A stretch of 64,000 nucleotides of DNA from Thermodesulfovibrionales bacterium (GCA_044450345.1 JBIOIY010000004.1:1-64000); one strand, 5' to 3'. Positions 7,704 to 18,891 are shown, counted from the first letter of the stretch. Translations and numbers: made by a program. The notes: generated by a model not told the origin, from the letters alone.

Positions 7704-10447
7704 ATTAATTGTCTTTGCCGATTCTTGCAGACCTGCTGCAGCCGTTTGATGATCTTGCCGCTGAGCACATCCGCACCGAGGAACGTTCTCACGTCCTCTG
7801 CCCCATTGGCGCCTATTCGCCTGACGTCTTCTCCACCCGTATAGACGTCGCTCATAAGCCTGGCAGCATGGCCGACGTCAGGGTCGGCCCAGGCGACTCC
7901 CTTTTCATAAGGACCAATGTCTTCCTCAATCTCGATGAGATCATATTTAACTGGATAGCTATTATTAATATTCATAAACTCCATATTGCCGGAGTATCCG
8001 GTGGCGATGACCGGTTTGCCGAGATACATCGCCTCGGCAAGAGGCAGGCCGAAACCCTCCGATCTGTGCAGGGAGGCATAACAGTCCGCTAGTGCGATCA
8101 AGTCATACACTTGATGCCTGTCAAAATAGTCACTCATTATTTTCACAGGCAATCCCGCGGTCTTTTCCCTTATCGCCTTCAGCAGAGGGGAGTTCTTGTC
8201 GGCATTTGACATCTTCAATACAAGCACGCTTTCCTTGCAATCAAGATCGTTATAGGCCGATGCGAATGCATCGATCAGCGCAAGGGGGTTTTTCCGCTCC
8301 GCGAAGGACCTGCTGTCAAAGATATTGAGAAACATGAATGCATCCTCCCTCACACCGAGGACCCTCCTTGTCAGGATGCCGGGAGGTGAGAACTCTACCG
8401 AAATGGGAACTTTTACGACAGGAATCGGAGATACTCTCGAAATCGCATCGAGGAGGAAGTCGCTTGCGACCCAGATCTCATTGAAATATGAGAAAGAATT
8501 AAGCCACTTTTTCGGGAACTCCGACAGTTCCCAGAACCAATAGCCAATGTTATACTTTCCCTTGGAATAGTCCTCACCAATCTGATTAAAAAAATGGGGT
8601 ACCTGATCGGCATTCACGTGAACGAGGTTGATAGCATATGGGTTTTCCTCGGAGAACTGTGTATAGGTCCTGTCGTTTCTCCTCAGCCATTGCTGCTCGA
8701 CGTTATTCAATACGAATTTTATTCCCGCTTTTTCGATACTCCTTATCATTCCTCTTGCCGCCTCGCCGACACCGCTTTCAGTGTCGATATATCCGGCCAC
8801 ATTGATGCCGATTTCATCATCGGCGGCCGGCGATGCGGAGTATCCGGCAGGCAATTTATCGGAGACCGCACCTAATGTACCAATGCGGCCCTGATACGGG
8901 ATATGCGCCGGTTTTTCGCGGGACAACCTGAAATACATTTTTTCCGCGATATCTCTCACCATCGGTATTTTTTTTATTTGAGCGGTATATTTGTTCCCGT
9001 ATTTCCAAAGCATTTCTCTAATGCGGGTCCACACACCTAATGTACCAATGTGGCCGTGATACGGGATATCCGCCGGCCTTTCGCGGGACAACCTGAAGTA
9101 CATTTTTTCCGCGATATCTCTGACTGTCGATATCTTTTTTATTTGGGAAGCGTATTTTTTCCCACATTTCCAAAGCATCTCTTTAGGGCGGTTCCAGCCG
9201 TGTTTTGCATGGACGGCAACAGAAGTCTCGATGTTCCGATTTTCGCCCCCCAGATGTTTTATGAAATCTTCTCCTATGCCATACTGCCCGGAAAGTACTG
9301 AACGCGCCCACGTTATCAACTTCTTCTCATTCTTATGCAGGCCTATAGGAAAAGCACACTGCAGATCATACCGCTCCTTGTATATGTAGTTGAGCAGATT
9401 TGTAATTTGAGAACCCTTCGAAACCGGAGAATTCAACCAATTAAAGAAACTTTTCTCTCCTTCAGCCTGGAAGGGATTGCCGAACTCAATAGAATTCGAA
9501 ATGCCTCCATACAGTTTTCTTACTATAGCGGGAATTTCAGCCCCGTTGTCGAAATAGCCATAGAAATAAGGCCATTGTCTGGAGTCACGATATCCGGCAT
9601 CTATTATCAGGCCCTTATACCGGTCAAACAGGCCCTTCAAATTCTTGATGTCCCCGAGATGGTAACGGCTCTGGTATTTCGAAATCCCTTTCAGGTTATC
9701 CAGAACGATTCCGCTGAAGTGGTAGAAAACCAACGGCTGTCCGTTTACCTCATATTCGCCCTGCACGATATCGAAGCTCTTCTCATGCAGGTTCCAATAG
9801 GCAGCGTTGTAACCCGGATGTTTCAGTATGTATACGCCTTCATATAAAGAAGGGACGAGGTCTATCCATTTCTGGTCTACGAAGAGCCCCTGTTCAGGGG
9901 CGGAGTAGCAGTACTTGTGCAAACGGGCCTTCCACCATTTCAAAAACTCCCTGACACGGTAATATGATGAGAGCGCGATGAAGCCGAGGTTATAACAGCC
10001 GGCCTGCATAATCTCTATCTCGCTCAACTTTTTCCCGTCGTCCGGGATAGGGGAGGTAAAATGAGGGGTGATGACGATCGAGTATTCATCAAGGATGGCG
10101 CAAAGCTCCTGGAGGCCCCTCATTACAAGGATATCAGGGTCTAAATAAATAACCTTGCGATACCCGTATTGGGAGAAGAGATGATCTATAAAGAAGGGCT
10201 TAACCGCGGTATTGAGTTCCATGATCGTGTATTTGAACATGAAGGGGTACTTGTCCGGGAAATCGATCTGTTCTATCTCTACGGTCCGGAAGTTTTCCCG
10301 GCCGGGATCGAAAAGGCCGTCGATCTTATCGACGAGCAGGACATAGCGGTCGCACTCCGGATGGTGCTTGAGCACAGAGGCCATCAGAACCCGCGCATAG
10401 CTAAGATAGTTTTTCGAGACTATGGTGAATATTGCCGTATCGGTCAC
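7700..10447 (-). CDS. Bifunctional glycosyltransferase (N-terminal GT-A domain + C-terminal GT4)
   Basis: FTIVSKNY, YLDPDI (DxD), DQKWIDL; C-terminal WFWELS, RKNP, SLHRSEGFGLPLAEAM.LGKPVIATGYSGN. Confidence 0.88.
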   Translation of the reverse strand: MTDTAIFTIVSKNYLSYARVLMASVLKHHPECDRYVLLVDKIDGLFDPGRENFRTVEIEQIDFPDKYPFMFKYTIMELNTAVKPFFIDHLFSQYGYRKVIYLDPDILVMRGLQELCAILDEYSIVITPHFTSPIPDDGKKLSEIEIMQAGCYNLGFIALSSYYRVREFLKWWKARLHKYCYSAPEQGLFVDQKWIDLVPSLYEGVYILKHPGYNAAYWNLHEKSFDIVQGEYEVNGQPLVFYHFSGIVLDNLKGISKYQSRYHLGDIKNLKGLFDRYKGLIIDAGYRDSRQWPYFYGYFDNGAEIPAIVRKLYGGISNSIEFGNPFQAEGEKSFFNWLNSPVSKGSQITNLLNYIYKERYDLQCAFPIGLHKNEKKLITWARSVLSGQYGIGEDFIKHLGGENRNIETSVAVHAKHGWNRPKEMLWKCGKKYASQIKKISTVRDIAEKMYFRLSRERPADIPYHGHIGTLGVWTRIREMLWKYGNKYTAQIKKIPMVRDIAEKMYFRLSREKPAHIPYQGRIGTLGAVSDKLPAGYSASPAADDEIGINVAGYIDTESGVGEAARGMIRSIEKAGIKFVLNNVEQQWLRRNDRTYTQFSEENPYAINLVHVNADQVPHFFNQIGEDYSKGKYNIGYWFWELSEFPKKWLNSFSYFNEIWVASDFLLDAISRVSPIPVVKVPISVEFSPPGILTRRVLGVREDAFMFLNIFDSRSFAERKNPLALIDAFASAYNDLDCKESVLVLKMSNADKNSPLLKAIREKTAGLPVKIMSDYFDRHQVYDLIALADCYASLHRSEGFGLPLAEAMYLGKPVIATGYSGNMEFMNINNSYPVKYDLIEIEEDIGPYEKGVAWADPDVGHAARLMSDVYTGGEDVRRIGANGAEDVRTFLGADVLSGKIIKRLQQVCKNRQRQLI
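8869..9182. repeat. Intragenic tandem duplication, 165-bp period (55 aa)
   Basis: cacctaatgtaccaatg...gggacaacctgaa...gcgatatctc...tttccaaagcat occurs at 8869 and 9034. Confidence 0.9.
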
Positions 10448-10540
10448 TCAGTCGCCTCTACCACCTGCGGGAATTTTCCATCCGCATGGTTTTGCCCATA
10501 GACGGAATCCTTCTGAAGCCCTCCCGGTCCGTCAGGCCGG

Positions 10541-13500
10541 TCAGTTGTCACCACTTTCGCCTTTTCCCTTTAGGAGAGATTTGATAAATGCCAACGCCCG
10601 GACAAGATATCTTTTCCCCCTTGCCTCAAGGGCCCCCACGTAACGCGCAATATAACGGTCTTCCAGGAGGCTTTTGATATAGCGGTCCTTTTCATGGATC
10701 ATGCCCTCCAGAATCGTACGGACTTCCCGGAGTTCGTTTTCCTGATTTACCACGTATTCCTGCATTTCACTGATATAGGTCTCCATGTTGTTTACCCTTA
10801 CCCTGAGGTCGCGCAAATAAAAATCCTTGGGACGCTCCCGCTTGGCCAGGATGGACGACAGTCTTTCGTAAAGAACGTCCTCGGAGTAGCCCTCAGCGAT
10901 GCTTTTTCTCGCTGCCGCACCCATGTGTCTGCATCTAGCCCTGTCAAGGGACAACGAGACTGCATAGCGTGCAAATTCCTCGTTGTTTTCTGCAATATAA
11001 CCGTTGCCGCCATGCACAATCGGTGAACTCTGTCCACCGCTTCTCATCGCAATGACCGGCAACCCATGAGCCATGGCCTCGATGATCTTTACAGGCATGC
11101 CTGTGCCGCCGGTGACAGGGCATATCGCAAAAGAGGCCTCCGCATAGAGCCCCCTCAGATCAGGGACATAACCCGCAAGGCGCACGCCGTCGACGGCGAC
11201 AAGCCGCGACGTAACTTCCCCGACGACGGTCAATTCAAAGTCAGGGACCTGCCGGCGGACCTCGGGCAGCACTTTAGCGGCAAAGAAGAGATACCCCTGG
11301 ATGTTGAAGGGATTGTCCCCCATAACAAAGATCGGACCGCGGGCATATGACCCTTCCGACGCGACAACATCGTATGTGATAGGAGCGGTGATCACATTTG
11401 TCCATAGCGTATGTTCCCGTATCGACTTCGCCTCCATCTCCGATATGGCTATCGCATGGTCGAAGCGGTCATAGATCATGAATTCCTCCGGGGCTGCCGC
11501 ACGGTCCTCCGCAGAATAGAAATCTTCCTTCAGGAGTTCCGGGTCAGCAGCAGAGGCATCGTAGGGCGGTTCTTTCAGGCAGGTCTGGAGCTTCCGCCAC
11601 ATCTTTGTGCTGGCTGTAACAAGATCAAGGGTATCGATAATGTTGAGAGAGGAATAAAAGTCGTCGCCGTTCAGAAGCCCTCCCCAATAGGCATAGCTTA
11701 TGAAAGTCACGTCGGGACTGAGGTTCCTGAATATCTGCCGGAAGGCGCTCGCCATGCCGGGAGGCGTATACATCTGCCAGTTAGTCACGTCCGTGAGCAG
11801 GCGCCGAGCTCCCTCCATGAACATGATATCGTCTTGGGTTTCGCTGTATACAACCACGTTTATGCCGTATGTGTCACGCATGACCTGCACATCCTGGTCA
11901 GTCCAGCGGAACCCGCCTGATAGGTTGTGGCTGAAAAGAGTTACGTCGTATCCCATCCGAAGGAAGACCTTCAACACCGAAAGACAACGTCTGTGGGCCC
12001 CTGTTTTGGGCGGATAAGGGTTCTGCGGAAAGAAGATCAGGACCTTTTTCGGTAAATCGCCGCCGTCTGAGCCCGTGGACGCAGGTTCGGGTAAAGGGCC
12101 ACCCTGCGCTAAGGAATGGTATCCGTATTGCCTGAGTTCTTTGCCAGCCATGGTATGAAGGAGAATCGAGTCGGTATATGATAACGAATTGCCCCTCCCG
12201 AGGGCAACGCTGCGGGAAAGGTCCTCGCGAACACCCTCCTTCCAGGACTCGGTCGCGCGGATGATCGAAGCGGCGTTCCCTTTGTACGCAGCAAGCAGGT
12301 CCTTGTCAAATGCGATTCCGGCGAACCCGCATAGCGATCCGACAACGCCGACAAGATCGCTGATGATATCCTCCAGCCTCACAATCAGCACCGATAGAGG
12401 CTGCTTCTTTTGCCACCTCATGATCATCTGCGCAGTCCGGAGCCAGAGTACTGCATGCCTCTGTATAGGCCATTCCTCCTCCCTCGAAAACTTGAAATGT
12501 CTTCTTCGCGAGATGATGGCCTTGCCCGGATCACGCATGACGCAGATGACCTTCGCTTGAGGATAAAGACTGAATATGCGGCCTAAGGAAAAGACATGAT
12601 CAGGGGTCTTTTCAATCCATCTGACATCTGCTACCTTGCCGGGACCGACCCTTGCCGCAAGCTGGTCTGCTACGATGATCTCGAAGAATGACTTCACGCC
12701 CAGCGCCTTGATAGCTGCCAGTTTCTTGCTGTGCTCTTCGGCGGCGGGCGAAACGTCAAGCCGCTGTCTGATCCTTTCGAGGGCCTGTTCGACGCCGGAA
12801 GTGGTAACCACGCCGCCTGTATTGCCGAACAGGTTCTCGGCGATACTGAAGAAATGGGTCTCGGGAAAGGAAGAGACATTTCTCTGCGTCGCAAGGAGTG
12901 CCTGCAGCAGGGTGGTCCCGGAGCGGGGAAAGCCCACTATAAAAATTGGGTCCTGACGTACCTGCGCCGATAGCCCGGATATGACTTTGCCTGCCTCCCA
13001 AGGGATAATCTGGTCAACGCAAGGCGGCAGGCCTTCCATATAACGGCGGGTTTTATCTAAGCCCGGGGAATGAGACCGCGCAGAGGACAGGCGCCGGCGG
13101 TGAAATTCGTACCACTGCTCAAGCCAGTCCCTTTGATTTATGTTATCCGATTCAAGGAGCGCTTCCAGGATCTTCACCAGTTCCTGCTCATTATGACGGT
13201 TGTAGCTATTATGTTCATTGCCCTGCCACGGCCTTTCATCGCCCCTGTGGAAAGTCAGATGCAGATCTTCAAAAACGTTAAAATTGGTTGAAAAAGCCAT
13301 AACATTGCCGAGCATGGCCCTCCCGATCCAGTTGGCGCCGATGCAGACATTGCCGAGCACGAAACGGCTGTAACTTTCCCGCCTGAATACAAAACAGTCG
13401 TACCCCGGGTGTTTTTCCCCCTGCAGCGCCTCCTCCACCATGAGATGAATGTCCTGCAGGTCGGCATAAGTCATACTGATCGTTCGCCGGTTGATCGCAA

Positions 13501-13891
13501 ACCCGTCGTATCCCTTCCCGATAATGTCTCTCACCGCAAGATAAAAGTCCGGTGTGAGGGCAATGTCCGTGTTGGTATAAATGAAATAATCGGCCGTGCT
13601 CCTCTGATATAGCCTGTCTATGACGTCTTTCACGAGCGGGAGTTTTTTAGTTCCCCCTGTGACTCCGAGGTCCAAAACCGAGCGATCGAGGGGGGCTGTT
13701 TTCCTGAAGTGACCGGGGACAATCCCCTCGTCTTCAGGGTAGAAGGCTGCCCATAGTTCGACGCTGACGTCCGACCCTGCGCGCTCTTGGGCAATCCTCA
13801 TGGTCTCAAACGTAATAGGCTGGGCAATGTAAAGATCGCTCGACTGCGGCACAATAACGGGGTTGATGACATGGGCAAGGGAGATCGTCAT
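10541..13891 (-). CDS. Multidomain protein: GT-A-like domain + sulfotransferase + GT4 + C-terminal coiled coil
   Basis: YTNTDI; 5'-PSB GFPRSGTTLL, EKTP, RDP...S; GTGMPVKIIEAMAHGLPVI; heptad-rich C-terminus. Confidence 0.8.
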   Translation of the reverse strand: MTISLAHVINPVIVPQSSDLYIAQPITFETMRIAQERAGSDVSVELWAAFYPEDEGIVPGHFRKTAPLDRSVLDLGVTGGTKKLPLVKDVIDRLYQRSTADYFIYTNTDIALTPDFYLAVRDIIGKGYDGFAINRRTISMTYADLQDIHLMVEEALQGEKHPGYDCFVFRRESYSRFVLGNVCIGANWIGRAMLGNVMAFSTNFNVFEDLHLTFHRGDERPWQGNEHNSYNRHNEQELVKILEALLESDNINQRDWLEQWYEFHRRRLSSARSHSPGLDKTRRYMEGLPPCVDQIIPWEAGKVISGLSAQVRQDPIFIVGFPRSGTTLLQALLATQRNVSSFPETHFFSIAENLFGNTGGVVTTSGVEQALERIRQRLDVSPAAEEHSKKLAAIKALGVKSFFEIIVADQLAARVGPGKVADVRWIEKTPDHVFSLGRIFSLYPQAKVICVMRDPGKAIISRRRHFKFSREEEWPIQRHAVLWLRTAQMIMRWQKKQPLSVLIVRLEDIISDLVGVVGSLCGFAGIAFDKDLLAAYKGNAASIIRATESWKEGVREDLSRSVALGRGNSLSYTDSILLHTMAGKELRQYGYHSLAQGGPLPEPASTGSDGGDLPKKVLIFFPQNPYPPKTGAHRRCLSVLKVFLRMGYDVTLFSHNLSGGFRWTDQDVQVMRDTYGINVVVYSETQDDIMFMEGARRLLTDVTNWQMYTPPGMASAFRQIFRNLSPDVTFISYAYWGGLLNGDDFYSSLNIIDTLDLVTASTKMWRKLQTCLKEPPYDASAADPELLKEDFYSAEDRAAAPEEFMIYDRFDHAIAISEMEAKSIREHTLWTNVITAPITYDVVASEGSYARGPIFVMGDNPFNIQGYLFFAAKVLPEVRRQVPDFELTVVGEVTSRLVAVDGVRLAGYVPDLRGLYAEASFAICPVTGGTGMPVKIIEAMAHGLPVIAMRSGGQSSPIVHGGNGYIAENNEEFARYAVSLSLDRARCRHMGAAARKSIAEGYSEDVLYERLSSILAKRERPKDFYLRDLRVRVNNMETYISEMQEYVVNQENELREVRTILEGMIHEKDRYIKSLLEDRYIARYVGALEARGKRYLVRALAFIKSLLKGKGESGDN

Positions 13892-13934
13892 GCCATCCTT
13901 CTATACAGAAGGTATCTCCTGCTCCACCCTCTTT

Positions 13935-15077
13935 TCACTCCAGCACCTCGCGTATCCGTCCGACGAGTTCGTCGGCATCTGGTATGAGAATCTCGTCTTC
14001 ATGGTGAGGGGCATCTTGCAGGCGATTCAGGGCATCCACAGCTTTGTCGAAATCTCCGAGTCCGCTGAATTCGATAACGCCCCTGCTTCCGTAATATGAG
14101 CGGGCGGCATGAGAACTCGCCAGAACAGGCACACCGGCAATCATCATCTCCTTTATCTTGGTCAGGGCTCCGGCACCGAATTCCTGGAAGCATATGAAGG
14201 CCCTGATGGTCGAAAGTGTCTGATCCAGTTCCTCATTGGAAAGTGCTCCGATGTATCTCACGAGCTCGGTGCTCTTGCCGCCCAGGTACTTGGGCGTACC
14301 GTAGCCGCCGACAAGCAGGGTCATCCCGTCTTCAGCGTCCCGCCTGTTCCAAAACTCGATGAATGTCTTCATGCCTTCGAGAGTAACCATATTTCCCACG
14401 GTCCCCAATAAGAGAAAATCACTCTTATCAGTATGCCTCCTATTATCGCGCACCCTTTTCATCCTGTCTTCGATGGACCGGACAGGATGGTAAGGGAAAA
14501 AATACGCCGGAATGTTAAAGTTCTTCAACAGAAAAGTCTCTTCCCTCGATATGGTCACAACAAGTTTACACTTCTTCAGGACGGATATCTCCCTGCTGAA
14601 AAGCCGTGCCTGCCGTGAGCCGTCCACCTGGTTGAAACTCAGGCTCTCGATATTCTGGCATAAGGCTACGACAGGGATCCCCCGCTCATGAAAATGTTCC
14701 ACAAGGGGATAAAAGAAAATCGGGTCGTCAATTATTGCAAGCGTGACATCCGGGCAACGGTCCGCATAGCGCTTCCATTCGAGCGTCGCCGACTTCATGT
14801 TCCATGCTTGATCCACAAAAGCGCGGTCCCAGTAAAGACCGAACGGATGCAGGAACCTGCCTGTCCGGTCCAGGAACCTGTCTCTTAGTCCCATCCGCCT
14901 CAAGAAGCTATCCGAATCCCGCCAGCTGATGAACGTATAGTCCAGCGGTTTGAGCGCCTCGCCGAGTTGTGTTTCCCTCCTGCAGCCTCCTCCGGCATTT
15001 TCATTGAGCACAAACCGGCTGAAGAAAAGCACACTATTTCTTTCATTTTCTGCGCTATGCGTTTTTGTGCTATCCAT
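13935..15077 (-). CDS. GT4-like glycosyltransferase
   Basis: GGG.RR at N-terminus, TISREE, GAGALTKIKEMMIAGVPVL. Confidence 0.7.
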   Translation of the reverse strand: MDSTKTHSAENERNSVLFFSRFVLNENAGGGCRRETQLGEALKPLDYTFISWRDSDSFLRRMGLRDRFLDRTGRFLHPFGLYWDRAFVDQAWNMKSATLEWKRYADRCPDVTLAIIDDPIFFYPLVEHFHERGIPVVALCQNIESLSFNQVDGSRQARLFSREISVLKKCKLVVTISREETFLLKNFNIPAYFFPYHPVRSIEDRMKRVRDNRRHTDKSDFLLLGTVGNMVTLEGMKTFIEFWNRRDAEDGMTLLVGGYGTPKYLGGKSTELVRYIGALSNEELDQTLSTIRAFICFQEFGAGALTKIKEMMIAGVPVLASSHAARSYYGSRGVIEFSGLGDFDKAVDALNRLQDAPHHEDEILIPDADELVGRIREVLE

Positions 15078-15157
15078 ATACCTGCCACGTGATATCCGGA
15101 TGCGAATTGAGCAGATCGATCAAGTGGTTGGAACCCGTCCTCGGATTGGCGATACTT

Positions 15158-16270
15158 TTATCCAGCATCGTTCTTCTCACACCACGATGTTACGACATGC
15201 AATGTTTTTTCAAGATATGCTTTGCCCCATCTCAAATCAGGTTCCAGATAGTTGGTCTCCGCCCACTCGTTCCAAGACTTTATGAAGACAACCTTCCTAT
15301 CATCGCTGCGGTCCGCTACCAGTCCCAAAGCCTCACGTAGGTGTTGGGCATAGAGCTCAGGTGTCGAACCAGCAAGGACGAAGCCGTTGACTCCGGCGCG
15401 GGGTGTGTTGTCCCAGTTGGGAACCACACAAGGGTAAAATTCTGCTCGGCGGGTCTTTTCCGGAAAGGCGTTTCGCACAAAGGTTTCATAGGAGTAGATT
15501 TTAGGCAACTGCGGTTTTTCAGCAGGGAGAACACGCAGGATCTCTTCGTTGAGGCGCTTGATCCCCTGGCACGCAACCATTGCCACCGGTGAATTCGCCG
15601 TGCAGGCGTCGTAGCCATCCTCCGGTATTTTCCACGGATAAGCCGTAATGGCGATGAAATAGAATCCCGGCGAACCCTCTTTCTCGGCCAACCGCCGCCA
15701 GGTATCCATGAAGAGTTTTGGCTCCCAGAGATCATCAGGGCGAGAGACGCAGAAGATGTTTCTGCCGTTTATCTTCATGTAGCGCGGGTCGCGGAAGGCG
15801 TCAAGCATGGCGTAGAAGTGAGCAGTAAAATCCTCTACACCGGGATACGTCTGCTTTATCAGTATCCGGTCCGGGCAGCCATGCCAGATGCCGGACCATG
15901 TTTGGTTGGCCCATGCAAGGCAAAAGGGAAAGTCCGGCTTTCTTGATTTCAGAACTTCATTGAAGGGCCTCTCCAAAAGTCTCTTGCCGCCGCCAAACCA
16001 GTAATGCCAATAACAGAACCCCTCTACGCCGTACTGTCTGGCTATATCCGCCTGGGCAATCCTGGATTCGGCCAGCCGCAGGTCGTAAAAGCCGAGGTCG
16101 GCCGGGAGATTCGGCTGCTGGTGGCCGGGAAACAGCGATGTTGCCCTAGCGACGTTAGTCCATTCCGTGAACCCCTTGCCCCACCATTCGTCGTTTTCCG
16201 GGATCGGATGGAACTGCGGAAGGTAGAATGCGATCAAACGGGCCTTGAAGTCTGACTTCTGGTGTAGCAT
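15158..16270 (-). CDS. WbsX-family glycosyltransferase / GH99-like protein
   Basis: IAFYLPQFHPIPENDEWWGKGFTEWTNV, WDNTPR, SWNEWAE..YLEPD; start moved to ATG 16270 behind AAGGGAG. Confidence 0.88.
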   Translation of the reverse strand: MLHQKSDFKARLIAFYLPQFHPIPENDEWWGKGFTEWTNVARATSLFPGHQQPNLPADLGFYDLRLAESRIAQADIARQYGVEGFCYWHYWFGGGKRLLERPFNEVLKSRKPDFPFCLAWANQTWSGIWHGCPDRILIKQTYPGVEDFTAHFYAMLDAFRDPRYMKINGRNIFCVSRPDDLWEPKLFMDTWRRLAEKEGSPGFYFIAITAYPWKIPEDGYDACTANSPVAMVACQGIKRLNEEILRVLPAEKPQLPKIYSYETFVRNAFPEKTRRAEFYPCVVPNWDNTPRAGVNGFVLAGSTPELYAQHLREALGLVADRSDDRKVVFIKSWNEWAETNYLEPDLRWGKAYLEKTLHVVTSWCEKNDAG

Positions 16271-16293
16271 AGCTCCCTTTAGATGATGTCCAA

Positions 16294-18891
16294 TTATTTT
16301 GCGAATAAACGGTCCGCCAGCCACCTTAGGGGGGCTGTAATCTTCCAGCTCAATGAGTTTCTCAAATCATGTATCAGCTTGTCTTTTTCAGCCAATTGTC
16401 TGCCCCATTTGTCCAACCGCTGGTCTCTGTCAGCCAACTGACAGTCGATCTCAGCCAACTTGAGCAACTGCCGATTAACTTGGGCTATCTGCTTCTCCCG
16501 CAAGTCCAGAGTTTTCTTACATTTCCAAAGATCGGTCATGTCATGATGATAGAATCGCGCATAAGAAGAAAACGCGTTCCATAGCCGGTCGACGGTCTCC
16601 CGGTTTGGAGATGAGTTCAGGGCCTCGCCCGCAAGCAGGCGCTCAAAAAGTTCATAGAGTTCTATTATGGGCCATGGCGCTCCGCATTTTTTGAGGTCCT
16701 CTACCGTTGAAGCACTGTGCCTCAAATCAAATCTTATAAAGGAAGCTATCTTCTCCCGAAGCGCGCCATCGTCTCGGGGCCACGAGATAGCCAGACCTTC
16801 TGAAATGCGTCTCAACTCCGCCTCCCAGTCTTCAAGGAAGCGATCATAGGAGATGAAGACCCTTGGTATCATATCTATCGCCTGAAGAGCAGTGATGTTG
16901 TAATTGAACCATATTCCGAAACCTTTATCGAGGGCAAACCCGTCTCGTTTCTGAAGTGAGCGTGCAACGTCAAGGGGGTTTCTTACCATAAAAACTATTG
17001 AGAGATCAACCCCTAGATCAATGAGAACCTCTTTCCAAAGCTCTATAAATATCGTCGAACGCGGATCCTTCCAGCCCCACAGAGGAACGCCGGAGAAGTT
17101 GGCCCTGACGAGCGAGCTGATCTCATCCCTGAAAGGCCTCAGCTCTGAAGCGTTTTGCCAACCGTCGGGAAAAGGAACAGTCGTATCCCATTTTCTCTTC
17201 ATCTCCGCCAGAAGTCGTTCCTGCAGTTTATTGAAATCAATTCTCTCCCAGAGTCCTTCGGGATTATAGTCCAGGGCAGGGTAAAGATCCGACTCTTCTC
17301 CAAGATATACACCCAACAGATTAAGCGCCCGCGCTATCGCAGATGTCCCGCTCCGGTGCATTCCCAAGATGCAGATGGCCCTATGGTTATTCTTATCCGG
17401 GACGAAAACATTGATTTTGTTTTTTTTATCGTCTCTGGTGAGGCTGTTTGCGGCATGTCTTTGAGATGACGGAGCAATGAACTGTAAGATCGTTGTATCA
17501 CGGTACTCCCCGATTTTTTTGATCTCGCCGACTCCATTCAAACGGAGCGTCTTGCTCAGAGCCTCATGAAAAAATACAATGCCTTTGTATCCCGGATCTC
17601 TTTCGTATCCAGCAATAACCCCCACTTCGGCAGTCACAGCCACTATTTTTGCGATAAATTTCTTGTAATAGTCATAATCGTTGAGGTGTATTAAAACATC
17701 CATGCACACGACCATATCAGCCGGCGCCACCTTGAGATCAAGAAAATTTCCGCAGACAAATGTCCTATCCAGAAAAGACTGTCTGTTCTTTTCTACAACA
17801 ACATCAGAAATGTCTAATCCCGCGTAGCCCTGCGCCGGCAAAGCAAGACCAACTTCCATATCGCCGCAGCCAATATCCAAGATGGAATTCGGCCTGAAGG
17901 CCGACGACACTTCAGTCAAAAGGGCACGTTTATAGTCTCTGTGTTCTCCGCGAGAGCCAAGGCCTGAGCCGAGTTCCGGATTTTCTGTGTAACGGAAATT
18001 CCAGAACAATCGATTATTAAAGTCCTTCTCTCTTTCTACGCGTAATCTCTGATTGAACTGTTCAATCCTGCGATTAACGAAAGGATAAGGAGACGGCTTT
18101 ATATATCCGGCTGCATCAACTAGCCAGTGGTAATGCAGGATAACGGGGTCTATATTATCCAAACGGGGATTGAGCTTTTCAAAATGGCATGGAAAATTCA
18201 TTTCATTCCCCAAAGTGGTGAACGGCATACGCGAAGCGACAAGGGCTAGGCTAAGACTCGCCTGCTCGCAAAAATTTGAGCACCCGGAGAGAAGGTCCAT
18301 CCTTTCGATTAACCGCTCATTCAGTTCAAGCCACTTCGTTAAAAAATCTGATATTGCAGTCCCGGAGAAAATGAGGACCCCGGCATTGAAATAAGGGATT
18401 GTCGCTTCTCCGGTAACCGTACATTCGTATTTTCGAGGGGGCAAGGACAGTTGAAAAAAATTAAATAGCTTTTCAAATACTGAGTGGGGTATAGTCGCTG
18501 CATCGGCAATTTTGGCTTGGAAACCGTCTCTCCCTAAATATAAGCTTGGGTCTTGGACAACTATAGTGTCGCAATCAAGAAGTAACATGTTTTTGTAAGA
18601 GGTCACTTCTTCTTGCTGCAGCAATCTTAATTTGTTTGACTGAGGATGTTTCCCGCTGAACCGCTCCACAATACGAACTGTAGCAGAATATTTTTCGAAT
18701 GCATCCCTTACCGCAGGGTCAATCCCATCAACAGCGCAGATAATGAATGTTGTCCCCGAAAGCTTTCCTCCAAACCAGCGAACAGATTGCAGCAGTCTCA
18801 ATGCCTGTGCAAGATATTTCGGAGAATTTTCCGCCACGCAACCGATTACAAGATCCGAAAGGCCAGAACTTATTTTGTTGTCTTTTGACAT
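16294..18891 (-). CDS. Multidomain protein: GT8-like + SAM methyltransferase + sulfotransferase-like + coiled coil
   Basis: NKLR, LDCDT, YFNAGV, ILHYH; ILDIGCGD; GMHRSGTS, WGWKDPR, RNP..VA.SL; coiled coil ending in SLSWKITAPLRW. Confidence 0.82.
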   Translation of the reverse strand: MSKDNKISSGLSDLVIGCVAENSPKYLAQALRLLQSVRWFGGKLSGTTFIICAVDGIDPAVRDAFEKYSATVRIVERFSGKHPQSNKLRLLQQEEVTSYKNMLLLDCDTIVVQDPSLYLGRDGFQAKIADAATIPHSVFEKLFNFFQLSLPPRKYECTVTGEATIPYFNAGVLIFSGTAISDFLTKWLELNERLIERMDLLSGCSNFCEQASLSLALVASRMPFTTLGNEMNFPCHFEKLNPRLDNIDPVILHYHWLVDAAGYIKPSPYPFVNRRIEQFNQRLRVEREKDFNNRLFWNFRYTENPELGSGLGSRGEHRDYKRALLTEVSSAFRPNSILDIGCGDMEVGLALPAQGYAGLDISDVVVEKNRQSFLDRTFVCGNFLDLKVAPADMVVCMDVLIHLNDYDYYKKFIAKIVAVTAEVGVIAGYERDPGYKGIVFFHEALSKTLRLNGVGEIKKIGEYRDTTILQFIAPSSQRHAANSLTRDDKKNKINVFVPDKNNHRAICILGMHRSGTSAIARALNLLGVYLGEESDLYPALDYNPEGLWERIDFNKLQERLLAEMKRKWDTTVPFPDGWQNASELRPFRDEISSLVRANFSGVPLWGWKDPRSTIFIELWKEVLIDLGVDLSIVFMVRNPLDVARSLQKRDGFALDKGFGIWFNYNITALQAIDMIPRVFISYDRFLEDWEAELRRISEGLAISWPRDDGALREKIASFIRFDLRHSASTVEDLKKCGAPWPIIELYELFERLLAGEALNSSPNRETVDRLWNAFSSYARFYHHDMTDLWKCKKTLDLREKQIAQVNRQLLKLAEIDCQLADRDQRLDKWGRQLAEKDKLIHDLRNSLSWKITAPLRWLADRLFAK

